Origin: Thermodesulfobacteriota bacterium
GTDB lineage: Bacteria; Desulfobacterota_D; UBA1144; Nemesobacterales; UBA2774
DNA: 64,000 nt
Assembly (NCBI GenBank): GCA_965216785.1
Contig: OZ244197.1
Location: 960,001-1,024,000 of the forward strand
Direction: 5' to 3'
Position numbers and translations under genes: made by a program. The notes under the pieces are model-generated. The model made no database searches and was not told the origin of the DNA. It saw only the letters and a program-made list of their open reading frames with translations. Of the stretch, positions 30,712 through 40,022 are shown one piece after another (position 1 is the first letter of the stretch; each line of letters begins with the position of its first letter).

Positions 30712-31533
30712 GTGCAAAAGGTGGAAGACCTCTTATATCTGAATGGAAATAATGTAGGCAGCGAGCTCCCGCTTCGTTCACTATATTTCGGTGAGGGAGT
30801 GTTCGAGACCTTTCGTTACAATTCAGGACTCCCGAAACATTTCGACAAGCATATCAGACGTCTTAAAGAGGGTACGACTCTTTTAAAGATGGAAATGCCC
30901 GATGAAGGCTACATTGCGCAATTAATTAATCAGGCTGCAAGCGGGGCTACTCGTTCGGATCTATATATTAAGGTCTGTTTATTGTCCGAAGGGAGCAATC
31001 CATTTTACGAAAATTCTCAAGGAACACAGGTGCTTATACATGTAAAAGCATATCAGAGCCCTAAAGTAGCCATTAAAACGGGCGTGGGTTCGTTTACGAA
31101 AAACTCAAGCTCGCCTATTCTAAGAATTAAATCTTTTAATTACCTTGAAAATATCCTTGCGAGGCGCGAAGCTCTGAGCAAGGGGTATGACGAGGTCTTA
31201 TTTCTAAACGAGAAGGGAGATATCACAGAAGGCGGCGCCGGTAATATCTTCTGGTATAAAACCGGAATACTTTATACTCCCTCTGTTGAGTGCGGCATTC
31301 TTCCCGGAACTACTAGAGAGATATTACTTGATATAAAAGACAGGTTAGGTCTTGAAATAGAGGAGGGCGGATTCTCGTTAGAGGAGCTACTGAGCTCGGA
31401 ATTCGCGTTCTTCACAAACTCTCTTACTGCCTCTGTGGCTATTTCGCAAGTTGAAGATAAAATGATTCCTATGAACAATCCGGTTTACAGGATGATTCAT
31501 AAAGGATTACTAAAGGAATTGGGGTGGTTTTAG
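30712..31533 (+). CDS. pabC: Class IV aminotransferase, probable 4-amino-4-deoxychorismate lyase
   Basis: GEGVFETF, IKSFNY, EGGAGN, GILPGTTR, TNS; follows pabB. Confidence 0.78.
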   Translation: MQKVEDLLYLNGNNVGSELPLRSLYFGEGVFETFRYNSGLPKHFDKHIRRLKEGTTLLKMEMPDEGYIAQLINQAASGATRSDLYIKVCLLSEGSNPFYENSQGTQVLIHVKAYQSPKVAIKTGVGSFTKNSSSPILRIKSFNYLENILARREALSKGYDEVLFLNEKGDITEGGAGNIFWYKTGILYTPSVECGILPGTTREILLDIKDRLGLEIEEGGFSLEELLSSEFAFFTNSLTASVAISQVEDKMIPMNNPVYRMIHKGLLKELGWF

Positions 31534-31751
31534 CTTTTTAAATCTCATAAAAAGAAGATGTTTATGCCAACCCCCTGTAATTAAAGAAAAAATAGAAAAG
31601 TGGAAGGATTGTGGATAAAATATCACAAATATTTCATATTAAATCTCTAACCCTCTGAAATCATTGACATATATGTCTTAACAAAGTCTTAATAAATGTG
31701 GAAAAATCTATCCACAAGTGTGGATGTTTCACGTGAAACATGTGAATTGGA
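31534..31751. other. Probable chromosomal replication origin (oriC)
   Basis: AT-rich gap with DnaA boxes TGTGGATAA (31610, perfect), TGTGGAAAA (31697), CTATCCACA (31708), TGTGGATGT (31719); adjacent parS; next to mnmE. Confidence 0.65.
31725..31740. promoter_or_regulatory. parS centromere-like site
   Basis: Perfect 16-bp palindrome TGTTTCACGTGAAACA, the canonical parS consensus. Confidence 0.93.
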
Positions 31752-33155
31752 TTATTTGCCTACGCAGAACTTGCTGAATATTCTGCCTAGTACGTCTTCT
31801 GTTGTAACTTCACCGGTTATTTCTCCCAGTGAGTTTAGGGCGCCCCTTAAGTCGAAGGCTGAAAATTCGGGAGACTCCCCGGCTTGAAAGGTTTTAAGAA
31901 AAGTCTTTAGGCTTTCTTGGGATGTTTCTAGTGCGCTTTTGTGTCTTAGCTCTGTAAGAATGATTTCGCCCTCTTTAGAGTAGTTTTGGCGGCTTATTAA
32001 TGAATCTCGTATTATATCTTTAAGCTCGTCTATTCCGCTATTATTTTTTGCTGAAGTTCGTGCTATTCTGTTGCTGTCTATATACTCTACAAGCTCTTTT
32101 TCGCTGACATTGAGCCCCAAATCAGATTTGTTGATGACTAAGACGGCATTTTTATCTTTTAACTCTTTCAGAACTTCTATATCGTCTTGATCAAGCTCCG
32201 CGCTGCCGTCAATTACCGCTATCAGCAGCTCGCCCTCACTTGCTTTCTTCTTTGCCAGCTCTATCCCAGTTTTCTCTACATGATCTGTTGAAACCCTTAT
32301 CCCCGCCGTGTCGATTAACTTCAATGGGATACCTCTTATATCAATGCTCTCTTCTATGAAGTCACGTGTTGTCCCGGGATGTTGACTTACAATAGCCCTC
32401 TCACGCATTAGCAGACTGTTCAGCAGGCTGGACTTTCCGACATTTGGCTTTCCAAGTATTGTAGTGATTACACCGTATTTTAATATCCTGCCTTCGTCAT
32501 ATGTAGCCAAAAGCTTGCCAATTTCAAAGATTAATCCCTCAGCTCTAGATACTATGTCTTTTTTGACTAGGGGATCGATGTCCTCCTCAGGGAAGTCCAC
32601 CTGTGATTCTATTTCTGCTAGTAGGTCGAGTACAATGTCCTTAAAACCGCCGATTTTCGTGGATAGGATACCTTCTAGTTGCATCTCGGCCTGCTTTAGG
32701 CCCTCTTCGGTCTGGGCGTTTATTATATCAACAACAGCCTCTGCCTGTGTAAGGTCCATTTTACCGTTTACAAATGCTCTTAGTGAGAACTCTCCCGGCT
32801 CCGCAGGTCTTGCTCCATGCTTAAATAACAGCTCCACTATCTTTTTCGGAACCAGATATCCCCCGTGCGAGTGAATTTCTGCGACATTCTCTCCCGTGTA
32901 GGAATTCGGGGCCTTCATTAGTACGCAAAGTACCTCATCTACTGCTTTACCGGCGTCCGGGTCTTGAATAATTCCATGGTAAAGACGGCGAGACTCCATT
33001 TTACTTGAGTCGATGTCAGCGTCGCCTTTGAATATTTTGTTAATAATTTCAGTTGTTTGCGGGCCGCTTATGCGTATTACAGCTATCCCGCCCTCACCCT
33101 GAGCAGTCGCGATTGCCGCTATTGTATCCTCGTTAGGAAGTATATTTCTATTCAT
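31752..33155 (-). CDS. mnmE: tRNA modification GTPase
   Basis: DTIAAIAT, GKPNVGKSS, GTTRD, DTAG, NKSD, FCVGK. Confidence 0.98.
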   Translation of the reverse strand: MNRNILPNEDTIAAIATAQGEGGIAVIRISGPQTTEIINKIFKGDADIDSSKMESRRLYHGIIQDPDAGKAVDEVLCVLMKAPNSYTGENVAEIHSHGGYLVPKKIVELLFKHGARPAEPGEFSLRAFVNGKMDLTQAEAVVDIINAQTEEGLKQAEMQLEGILSTKIGGFKDIVLDLLAEIESQVDFPEEDIDPLVKKDIVSRAEGLIFEIGKLLATYDEGRILKYGVITTILGKPNVGKSSLLNSLLMRERAIVSQHPGTTRDFIEESIDIRGIPLKLIDTAGIRVSTDHVEKTGIELAKKKASEGELLIAVIDGSAELDQDDIEVLKELKDKNAVLVINKSDLGLNVSEKELVEYIDSNRIARTSAKNNSGIDELKDIIRDSLISRQNYSKEGEIILTELRHKSALETSQESLKTFLKTFQAGESPEFSAFDLRGALNSLGEITGEVTTEDVLGRIFSKFCVGK

Positions 33156-33199
33156 CGATTAGATACGCTACCATATTTGTGTTACCCGCACTAGAAGGC

Positions 33200-34342
33200 T
33201 TATGCTACGTCGAAGCTAATTTTAAAGGGCGATTCCGGGTAAAATCCCTCGGCTATCTTTCCTAGGTTCTTTTCCTGTATTAGCACTTTAAAACTATTTC
33301 CCATAGATCCCGGCAAAAAGAGGTTTTTTACCGCCGCTACTTTTTTCTGTGTAGATTCGTCACCGGCTTGAGACATCTTCTCAACCACGTCCAGGATGCC
33401 CCAGTCTAAAAGAAATTGTCCCTGCGTAGTGTATACAAGTTTATTTAATCCTACAGCTTCTCCCTCGCTTATCAGGTTGCTGAAATCTACATGTGCCGTA
33501 ATATCCTGCTCACCAATATCCTGGTAAGGGTTCTCATTAATTGTATGGCCCTTCATACATTTATATGTGCCATTTATTCTAGATGGGCTATAAAGATCTG
33601 AAGCCGTATAGCCGTAGTCAATGGTTAGTATAAAACCCTTTCTAAGAATGCGGTATATCTCTTTGAGCGCTTTTCCAGCTGCTAAGCATATTTCCATCTG
33701 TTGCCCTTCAATGAGCTCTAACTCATACTTATCTATATATTTTTTAAGCTCCTCTGTGCTCAAAGCGCCGCTAGTCTCAATCAAATTATCGTCCTTAAGT
33801 GATACATATACCTCACGAAGTCCGCTGTTTTCGACAATTACCCTATGAAAGGGGATAGAGTCAAAGAGCTCGTTCGATATGACGATACCCTCCAGGCTAT
33901 CATTCTCAATTTCAGTAATATCCTGGATAAACCGGATCTTCTCTTTGTGCTCGCTCAGTGCTTTGTGTGCTTGCTCAATAAGCGCCGGGCTCTTCTCTAT
34001 ATATGTATAAATTAATTTATCATATATTGCTACATTCTTTCTCTTGATTGTATCGAGTATGTCACAGGCAAGAATCCCTTTGCCTGCGCCTAGCTCAACT
34101 ATTGTCGGAACCGGAGCGCTTATAAATGAAAGACTTTTTAGAAGGAATTTTGATATGACCTCACCGAACGCACTATGCACGTAAGGGCTTGTATAGAAAT
34201 CACCCTCGCCTCCTATGCTCACATTGCCCGATGAGTAATACCCAAACTCTTTATGATAGAGAGCGAAGTCTATGAACCTTTCGAATGTCATCGGGCCCGC
34301 GCTCTTTATCTTCGATTTTATAATATCTTCAAGCCTTTTCAT
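33200..34342 (-). CDS. SAM-dependent methyltransferase, MidA/NDUFAF7 family
   Basis: GDFYTSP, ELGAGKG, SNELFD, IDYG, DITAHVDF. Confidence 0.92.
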   Translation of the reverse strand: MKRLEDIIKSKIKSAGPMTFERFIDFALYHKEFGYYSSGNVSIGGEGDFYTSPYVHSAFGEVISKFLLKSLSFISAPVPTIVELGAGKGILACDILDTIKRKNVAIYDKLIYTYIEKSPALIEQAHKALSEHKEKIRFIQDITEIENDSLEGIVISNELFDSIPFHRVIVENSGLREVYVSLKDDNLIETSGALSTEELKKYIDKYELELIEGQQMEICLAAGKALKEIYRILRKGFILTIDYGYTASDLYSPSRINGTYKCMKGHTINENPYQDIGEQDITAHVDFSNLISEGEAVGLNKLVYTTQGQFLLDWGILDVVEKMSQAGDESTQKKVAAVKNLFLPGSMGNSFKVLIQEKNLGKIAEGFYPESPFKISFDVA

Positions 34343-34408
34343 ATCAGCAATATATATTTTAAGGTCTTTTTATTTGTTCTAACTAAAGTAGATTATATCA
34401 GACTAAGA

Positions 34409-34537
34409 ATATGGGGACAGAGGCGAGCGCTTCACGGCGATGCCAAGGAATTAATAATAGGACAGAGGCTGGGGGCCGCGAGAGAAAGAATTGTGTGAGC
34501 GAGTACAGGAATATAATCGAACTAAGCGATGCCGGGG
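34409..34537 (+). repeat. Dispersed hairpin repeat family: module A plus interrupted variant
   Basis: ATGGGGACAGAGGCGAGCGCTTCACGGCGATGCC, then a second GGACAGAGGC...AGCGATGCC copy with an internal insert. Confidence 0.85.
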
Positions 34538-34588
34538 ATTTTCCCGAGATTGTCCTGACTATTTAAAGTTACTTAATCTATAGGTGCT

Positions 34589-35380
34589 ATGACATTTCTA
34601 AGAAAATATACGAAAGCACTCTTTACTTTTCTTCTTGTTATCACATTTCTTCTGGTCTCTTCTTTTGTGGATTTAGTCATCAGAGACAAAAAGAAGAAGC
34701 TAGAGTATTTTTCAAAGATTGCACCTTTTTACTCAAAACTTGCTCTTATTGTTTGGGGAGTGCATGTTGAGACCACGGGATTAAATAAGCTCATTAGTAA
34801 GAAGGAAAACTATTTAATCGTATCAAACCATCTTTCCTACATTGATATACAGGTGATTTACTCTGTGGTGTCCTCTGTATTTATTGCGAACTCTGAGCTA
34901 AAAGAACAGTTCCCATTGGGAGCGGTCACAAAGTACTCCGGAGGAGTGTTTGTTGAAAGGAGAAACAGGGCGAGCCTTATGAAAGATATAAAAAATATAA
35001 GGGATATACTCTCTATGGGTTTTGACATGGTGCTATTCCCTGAAGCGACCACTTCAGACGGGGAGAAAATTTTGAAATTCAGAACTCCTTTTATAACGTC
35101 GGCAATACAAAGTAATATCAATATACAACCTATTTGTATCAAATATAAGAAGATTAACGGCTCTGAAATAACGGACTCTAACAAGCACTTAGTTTATTTT
35201 TACGGAGGTATCGGGTTTTTTGAGCATTTTTTCAGGATGCTGGAACTTAGGTCGATTTCAGTCGAAGTGAGGGAGCTCGAGACGATTGAGGTCACCCCCC
35301 AGAGCTCAAGGAAAGAAATAAGCGATCTTGCATATAAGAGAATTAGCGATGCATATTTCCGCAATGAGAATCTCGTATAA
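34589..35380 (+). CDS. Lysophospholipid acyltransferase (PlsC family)
   Basis: SNHLSYID (HxxxxD), FVERR, FPEATT. Confidence 0.9.
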   Translation: MTFLRKYTKALFTFLLVITFLLVSSFVDLVIRDKKKKLEYFSKIAPFYSKLALIVWGVHVETTGLNKLISKKENYLIVSNHLSYIDIQVIYSVVSSVFIANSELKEQFPLGAVTKYSGGVFVERRNRASLMKDIKNIRDILSMGFDMVLFPEATTSDGEKILKFRTPFITSAIQSNINIQPICIKYKKINGSEITDSNKHLVYFYGGIGFFEHFFRMLELRSISVEVRELETIEVTPQSSRKEISDLAYKRISDAYFRNENLV

Positions 35381-35527
35381 ATTAATTGTATAATCGTATA
35401 GATATATGGTATTTATAATTGTACTTAAGCGCTGGTAAATATTGATTTACGTCTTGCTCAGGCAGCATACGTTAGTTATGATAGAAACTTCCGCGAATGG
35501 ACGTTCGAGATTATACAATACAGGATT

Positions 35528-35658
35528 GAGGGCGGATCGGAGCGAGAAACGCGTTCGGAGGGGCATGCATAGACTTGGAATGAGCGCCCCACAGCGATGC
35601 CAGGGAGTTAATAATGGGGACAGAGGCGAGCGCCCCACAGCGATGCCAGGGAGTTAAT
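35528..35658 (+). repeat. Dispersed hairpin repeat family: module B plus two module A copies
   Basis: GGGCGGATCGGAGCGAGAAACGCGTTCGG, then exact 31-bp repeat GAGCGCCCCACAGCGATGCCAGGGAGTTAAT at 35582 and 35628. Confidence 0.85.
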
Positions 35659-35674
35659 TAGAGGAGAATCAGAA

Positions 35675-36841
35675 ATGGATATCAAATGGTCAAAGAGGAT
35701 TGAAGATTTACCGCCTTATTTGTTTGCGGAGATAGACGCTAAAAAGAACGAAATGCTGAAAAAGGGCGTTGACGTTATAGATCTCGGAGTAGGGGATCCC
35801 GATATACCTACGCCTTCAAATATCATAGACGCGTTGAAAGACGCTGCGGATGATCCCGAAAACCACCGCTACCCTTCATACCAGGGCATGCTTCCTTTCA
35901 GACAGGCCGCGGCTGAATGGTATAAGGTAAGGTTCGGTGTGGATCTTGATCCTGAGAACGAAGTCGTGGCGCTCATTGGCTCAAAAGAGGGTATAGCCAA
36001 TACTCCTCTTGCATTCATAAACCCTGGAGATGTAGGACTTTTCACCGATCCGGGATATCCTGTGTATCCTACTTCTATCAGTTTTGCCGGTGGAGAGCCA
36101 ATTAGCGTTCCCTTATATAAGGAAAACGATTTTCTTCCTGACCTAAAGGCGATTCCTGAGAGCACTCTTAATAAGAGCAAACTGATGTTTTTAAACTATC
36201 CCAACAACCCTACCACTGCCACGGCGGATAAGGCGTTTTATGAAGAGGTTGTAGAGTTTGCGATATCCAACAATATACTTATCTGCCACGATGCCGCTTA
36301 CACTGAAATCGCCTACGACGGTTACGTTCCACCGAGCTTTCTGGAGGTAGACGGGGCAAAGGAGTGCGCGATCGAGTTTCACTCCCTTTCCAAAACTTTT
36401 AACATGACCGGGTGGAGGATCGGGTTTGCCGTGGGCAACAAAAAGGCTATCGGCGGCCTCGGCAAGATTAAGACGAATATAGACTCGGGAGCATTTCAGG
36501 CTATTCAACACGCAGGTATTGAAGCGCTAAAGAACCACACTCTCGGGCTCGACGACAGAAGGAAAATATTTCAGGAAAGACGCGATATTTTTTGTGATGG
36601 ACTCGACGCACTCGGGCTTGACTATACTAAACCCAAGGCTACGTTTTACGTTTGGTTTTCAGTCCCCGATGGTATGAGCTCAAAAGAGTTTTCATCTAAA
36701 CTACTTGAAGAAGCAGGTATAGTAGTAACACCCGGAAACGGATTTGGGGATGCTGGTGAGGGTTATGCCCGCGTCTCTACAACTTTCAGCACTGAGAGGA
36801 TTGTTCAGGCTGTGGAGAGGCTTAAAGAAGTGAAATTTTAG
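35675..36841 (+). CDS. dapL: LL-diaminopimelate aminotransferase
   Basis: LPPYLFAEID, GVGDPD, GSKEG, NYPNNPT, SLSKTFNMTGWRIG, KTNIDSG. Confidence 0.9.
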   Translation: MDIKWSKRIEDLPPYLFAEIDAKKNEMLKKGVDVIDLGVGDPDIPTPSNIIDALKDAADDPENHRYPSYQGMLPFRQAAAEWYKVRFGVDLDPENEVVALIGSKEGIANTPLAFINPGDVGLFTDPGYPVYPTSISFAGGEPISVPLYKENDFLPDLKAIPESTLNKSKLMFLNYPNNPTTATADKAFYEEVVEFAISNNILICHDAAYTEIAYDGYVPPSFLEVDGAKECAIEFHSLSKTFNMTGWRIGFAVGNKKAIGGLGKIKTNIDSGAFQAIQHAGIEALKNHTLGLDDRRKIFQERRDIFCDGLDALGLDYTKPKATFYVWFSVPDGMSSKEFSSKLLEEAGIVVTPGNGFGDAGEGYARVSTTFSTERIVQAVERLKEVKF

Positions 36842-36924
36842 TGTGTATTTGATAAAATGGGGCAAGATATTAATTAAGGCATACAGGGACGAGCACATCA
36901 CGGTGAAGTCTGGGAATATATAAA

Positions 36925-38466
36925 GTGGAATACTTTCTTTTATCCTCTAAAATCGTAGTTACAGTTATTTATTCTTTAGCTCTCACACTGCTGTGCGTTT
37001 TTGGAATTCACCGCATTTATCTGACAAACCTTTATAGCAAGAATAAAAACAAGCTGCCCAAACCAAAGGGCAATTTCGATAAACTCCCTCTTGTAACCAT
37101 ACAGCTCCCGGTCTACAACGAGATGTACGTCGTAGAGAGGCTCATATCCGCTGTGTGCGAGATTGATTACCCAAAAGAGCTTATGGAGATCCAGGTCCTT
37201 GACGATTCCACAGATAATACGACTAAGATTGTGGAGAGGTGTGTAAACAGGTATCAGGAACTCGGTTTTAGAATCCGCACTATTCATAGAAAGAACAGAG
37301 AGGGGTTTAAGGCGGGAGCGCTTAGTGAGGGGCTAAAGCACGCGAGTGGTGAGTTCGTCGCGATATTCGATGCGGATTTTATTCCCCCGAAAGATTTTCT
37401 TAGAAAAACCGTTGACTACTTCACGGATGAGCGGGTCGGTATGGTGCAGGTCCGCTGGGGGCACCTGAATAAAGACTACTCACTTCTTACTAAAGTCCAG
37501 TCTATACTGCTCGACGGACACTTTATGATAGAGCAGACCGCGCGCTTCAACGGGGGCTTATTTTTTAACTTCAACGGTACAGCGGGGGTGCTGAGGAAAG
37601 AATGTATAGAGACCTCAGGCGGCTGGCAGCACGATACGCTCACAGAAGACCTTGACCTTAGCTACAGAGCGCAGCTTTCTGGGTGGAAGCTCGTGTACCT
37701 AAAAGACGTTATAGCGGACGCGGAGCTTCCAGTGGATATGAACGCTTTCAAATCACAGCAGCACCGCTGGGCAAAGGGCGGCGTACAGACTGCAGTTAAG
37801 CTCATTCCTCAGATATTCTCAAGAAAAGACCTGCCCTTCAAAATTAAGTCCGAGGCGTTCTTTCATCTATTCGGCAATATTTCATATGTGCTTCTATTAA
37901 TGCTCTTGTTACTAATGTTCCCGATGGGATATTTCTGGGAGTCTGTCGGCTGGGAGAAGGTGGTTGTGCTTAACCTGTTTGCTATATCTGCCGGTACGCT
38001 GAGCTTTTTCAGGTTTTACGTTATCACTGTAACGGAAGTGCATGGCAAGGATTGGGGCAAGTACATCTGGTACGTCCCGATAGCTATATCTGTCGGAGTA
38101 GGTATGGCCATCAATAACTCAAAAGCTGTCCTGGGTGCGCTTCTCGGCAAGCGCTCCGAATTTGTAAGGACTCCTAAATTTGCTGTTACTACAAAACAAG
38201 ACACCTGGCGCTCACGCCATTACGTTTCCTCAAAGGAAATCACCGCAATCATCGAGCTTACTCTCGGCGTGTTTTTCTTTCTTCAGACTATATACGCGGT
38301 ATATGTAGGATACTTCGGCTGGATACCGTTTCTCATTCTCATTCAGTTCGGCTTTCTCTATACCGGTTTTTTGTCCATCTTCCATAGCTCTGGAAAGAAA
38401 GCCGCGTCAGGACCTGTAAGCCCAATCCTTACCGAACGAGCTCTTCACAGGGAAAAAGATTATTAG
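36925..38466 (+). CDS. Processive GT2 glycosyltransferase (cellulose-synthase-like)
   Basis: DDSTD, KAGAL, DADF, TEDLD, QQHRW (QxxRW), C-terminal TMs. Confidence 0.9.
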   Translation: MEYFLLSSKIVVTVIYSLALTLLCVFGIHRIYLTNLYSKNKNKLPKPKGNFDKLPLVTIQLPVYNEMYVVERLISAVCEIDYPKELMEIQVLDDSTDNTTKIVERCVNRYQELGFRIRTIHRKNREGFKAGALSEGLKHASGEFVAIFDADFIPPKDFLRKTVDYFTDERVGMVQVRWGHLNKDYSLLTKVQSILLDGHFMIEQTARFNGGLFFNFNGTAGVLRKECIETSGGWQHDTLTEDLDLSYRAQLSGWKLVYLKDVIADAELPVDMNAFKSQQHRWAKGGVQTAVKLIPQIFSRKDLPFKIKSEAFFHLFGNISYVLLLMLLLLMFPMGYFWESVGWEKVVVLNLFAISAGTLSFFRFYVITVTEVHGKDWGKYIWYVPIAISVGVGMAINNSKAVLGALLGKRSEFVRTPKFAVTTKQDTWRSRHYVSSKEITAIIELTLGVFFFLQTIYAVYVGYFGWIPFLILIQFGFLYTGFLSIFHSSGKKAASGPVSPILTERALHREKDY

Positions 38467-38496
38467 AGATTACCCCGTATAGTTTTATCTCTCCAC

Positions 38497-38532
38497 GGTA
38501 TCGCTGTAAGGCGCTCGCCTCTGTCCCCATAT
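38497..38532 (-). repeat. Dispersed hairpin repeat family: module A
   Basis: Reverse complement ATATGGGGACAGAGGCGAGCGCCTTACAGCGATACC. Confidence 0.85.
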
Positions 38533-38600
38533 CTTCATGCAGAATTCATAATTCTAAGTTACAATTTCCGTCACTTTAAGAAATTATCAGGAGGTTTAAT

Positions 38601-39155
38601 ATGTATAGGGTTATTTTTTCAATCGCATTATTGTTTGTACTTATAGGGCTTGCAGCAGTTGATACGGCTTATTCCCAGACTGTGGGATCACGTTCTCAAA
38701 CGCTCGCCGGAATCGAGGGTATAGCTGTTTCGGGCGATGATGTAAGCCCCGAAGCCATGAAAGACGGACTTAATAAATCGGGTCTCGTAACCCAGACTAT
38801 ACAGGATTTAAAGAACGCCGGTGTAAAAGTGCTCACAGATCAGCAGTTAAACTCGGCCCCGGGAAGACCTACTCTTATAATTTCGGTAAACACGCTTAAG
38901 CATGCAGGCGGCGTATACAGCTACACGGTAAGCCTGAGCCTTGACCAGATAGTGATGCTTGAGCGTAACCCTGCAATCCGAGGCGCCGCGCCCACATGGT
39001 TTGTACTCGCCACAGGAGCGTGTCTCCCTGAAGAGCTTAACGCTGACGTTACGGCATATGTAAAACAGCTGGTAGATCAGTTCATTACGGATTATAAACT
39101 TGCAAACCCTGAGCAAGCTCCTTCGAGCGCTAAGGATGCAATGAGAAAGAAATAA
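38601..39155 (+). CDS. Secreted hypothetical protein
   Basis: AGGAGG RBS, signal peptide, alpha/beta pattern; no function recognised. Confidence 0.8.
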   Translation: MYRVIFSIALLFVLIGLAAVDTAYSQTVGSRSQTLAGIEGIAVSGDDVSPEAMKDGLNKSGLVTQTIQDLKNAGVKVLTDQQLNSAPGRPTLIISVNTLKHAGGVYSYTVSLSLDQIVMLERNPAIRGAAPTWFVLATGACLPEELNADVTAYVKQLVDQFITDYKLANPEQAPSSAKDAMRKK

Positions 39156-39156
39156 G

Positions 39157-39248
39157 CCGGCTCTTTCCGAGTAGGGGCTTATGCAAAGTCAGGTGTGTTT
39201 GGAATATTGACTGTATTGGTTATACGAAGAAGGAATGTACTAGCCTAG
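39157..39248 (+). pseudogene. Degenerate IPTL-CTERM sorting-signal remnant
   Basis: PALSE*GL, 1-nt frameshift, then AKSGVFGILTVLVIRRRNVLA*; colinear with the intact PTLSEWGLIAMAGVLGIIGLVAIRRKRAVA. Confidence 0.75.
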
Positions 39249-39283
39249 TTTAAATCAATCGGAAATTACAAATATTCAGTTAC

Positions 39284-39313
39284 AAAAAAGGGGAGCCACG
39301 GCTCCCCTTTTTT
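39284..39313. terminator. Bidirectional Rho-independent terminator
   Basis: AAAAAAGGGGAGCC-AC-GGCTCCCCTTTTTT between convergent genes. Confidence 0.92.
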
Positions 39314-39340
39314 ATGTACTTTAAAGCTTTGATTTTACTT

Positions 39341-39823
39341 TTATGCTACCGCTCTTTTTCTTCTGATTGCTACCAGGCCGATTATCCCAAGTACTCCGGC
39401 CATTGCAATAAGCCCCCATTCGGAAAGCGTAGGGACAGGGCGTATAAATTTTAGATTACACGAGGCAACTACTAGCTCCTGGCAAACCTCAGACTGAAGG
39501 TCTGAAAGTATAAGTATTTGGCCCTTTGCTCCTTCTGCGAATAATGAGCAGGCTGGGTTGCCCTTGAAATATTGAACACTAAAGTCGAGGACCTCCTCTT
39601 GAAAAACGGCGACTCTAGTGGTCGACAATACATACTCGGTACCGGCACCTAGCTCACCACCCGGGCATAATTCGGCTAGGATATCGTTACCCGAGAGTCC
39701 GTTAGATAGCACTGCAGTTTCGCACGGGCAGTCAGACCCTTGTGGCGGTAATGGTTCAGAGTAAACGTAAGCAGGTACGAACAGAACTGCTAATAATAAA
39801 ATCAAACTAAAGTGTTTTGTCAT
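39341..39823 (-). CDS. IPTL-CTERM surface protein (exosortase H substrate)
   Basis: Signal peptide, six Cys, C-terminal VPTLSEWG plus TM helix plus RRKR. Confidence 0.92.
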   Translation of the reverse strand: MTKHFSLILLLAVLFVPAYVYSEPLPPQGSDCPCETAVLSNGLSGNDILAELCPGGELGAGTEYVLSTTRVAVFQEEVLDFSVQYFKGNPACSLFAEGAKGQILILSDLQSEVCQELVVASCNLKFIRPVPTLSEWGLIAMAGVLGIIGLVAIRRKRAVA

Positions 39824-39867
39824 CCTTCATCTCCTTTCCTTAGTTCTAACAAGATTAAGTTAGGGTG

Positions 39868-39896
39868 ATTTTACATGGATACAAAATATTGTTCAA
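39868..39896 (-). promoter_or_regulatory. Sigma70 promoter of the IPTL-CTERM gene
   Basis: TTGAAC-17bp-TAAAAT on the minus strand. Confidence 0.6.
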
Positions 39897-39941
39897 CAAC
39901 ATACTGGTCGTGAACAAATTACATTTTGATGCGATCAGAAT

Positions 39942-39977
39942 AAAAAAGGGGCAGGTAAGGTTGAGGACCTGCCCCTT
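39942..39977 (-). terminator. Orphan Rho-independent terminator
   Basis: Minus strand AAGGGGCAGGT-cctcaacctt-ACCTGCCCCTTTTTT; no CDS upstream on this strand. Confidence 0.85.
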
Positions 39978-40022
39978 AAGAGCACGGAGTTGATAGGGTA
40001 TGTATATATAATCGCAGCAGAT

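Noticed and set aside
35400-35674. Lysine riboswitch upstream of dapL
   Set aside because: The structured sequence is the dispersed repeat also found next to unrelated genes; lysine aptamer architecture not seen
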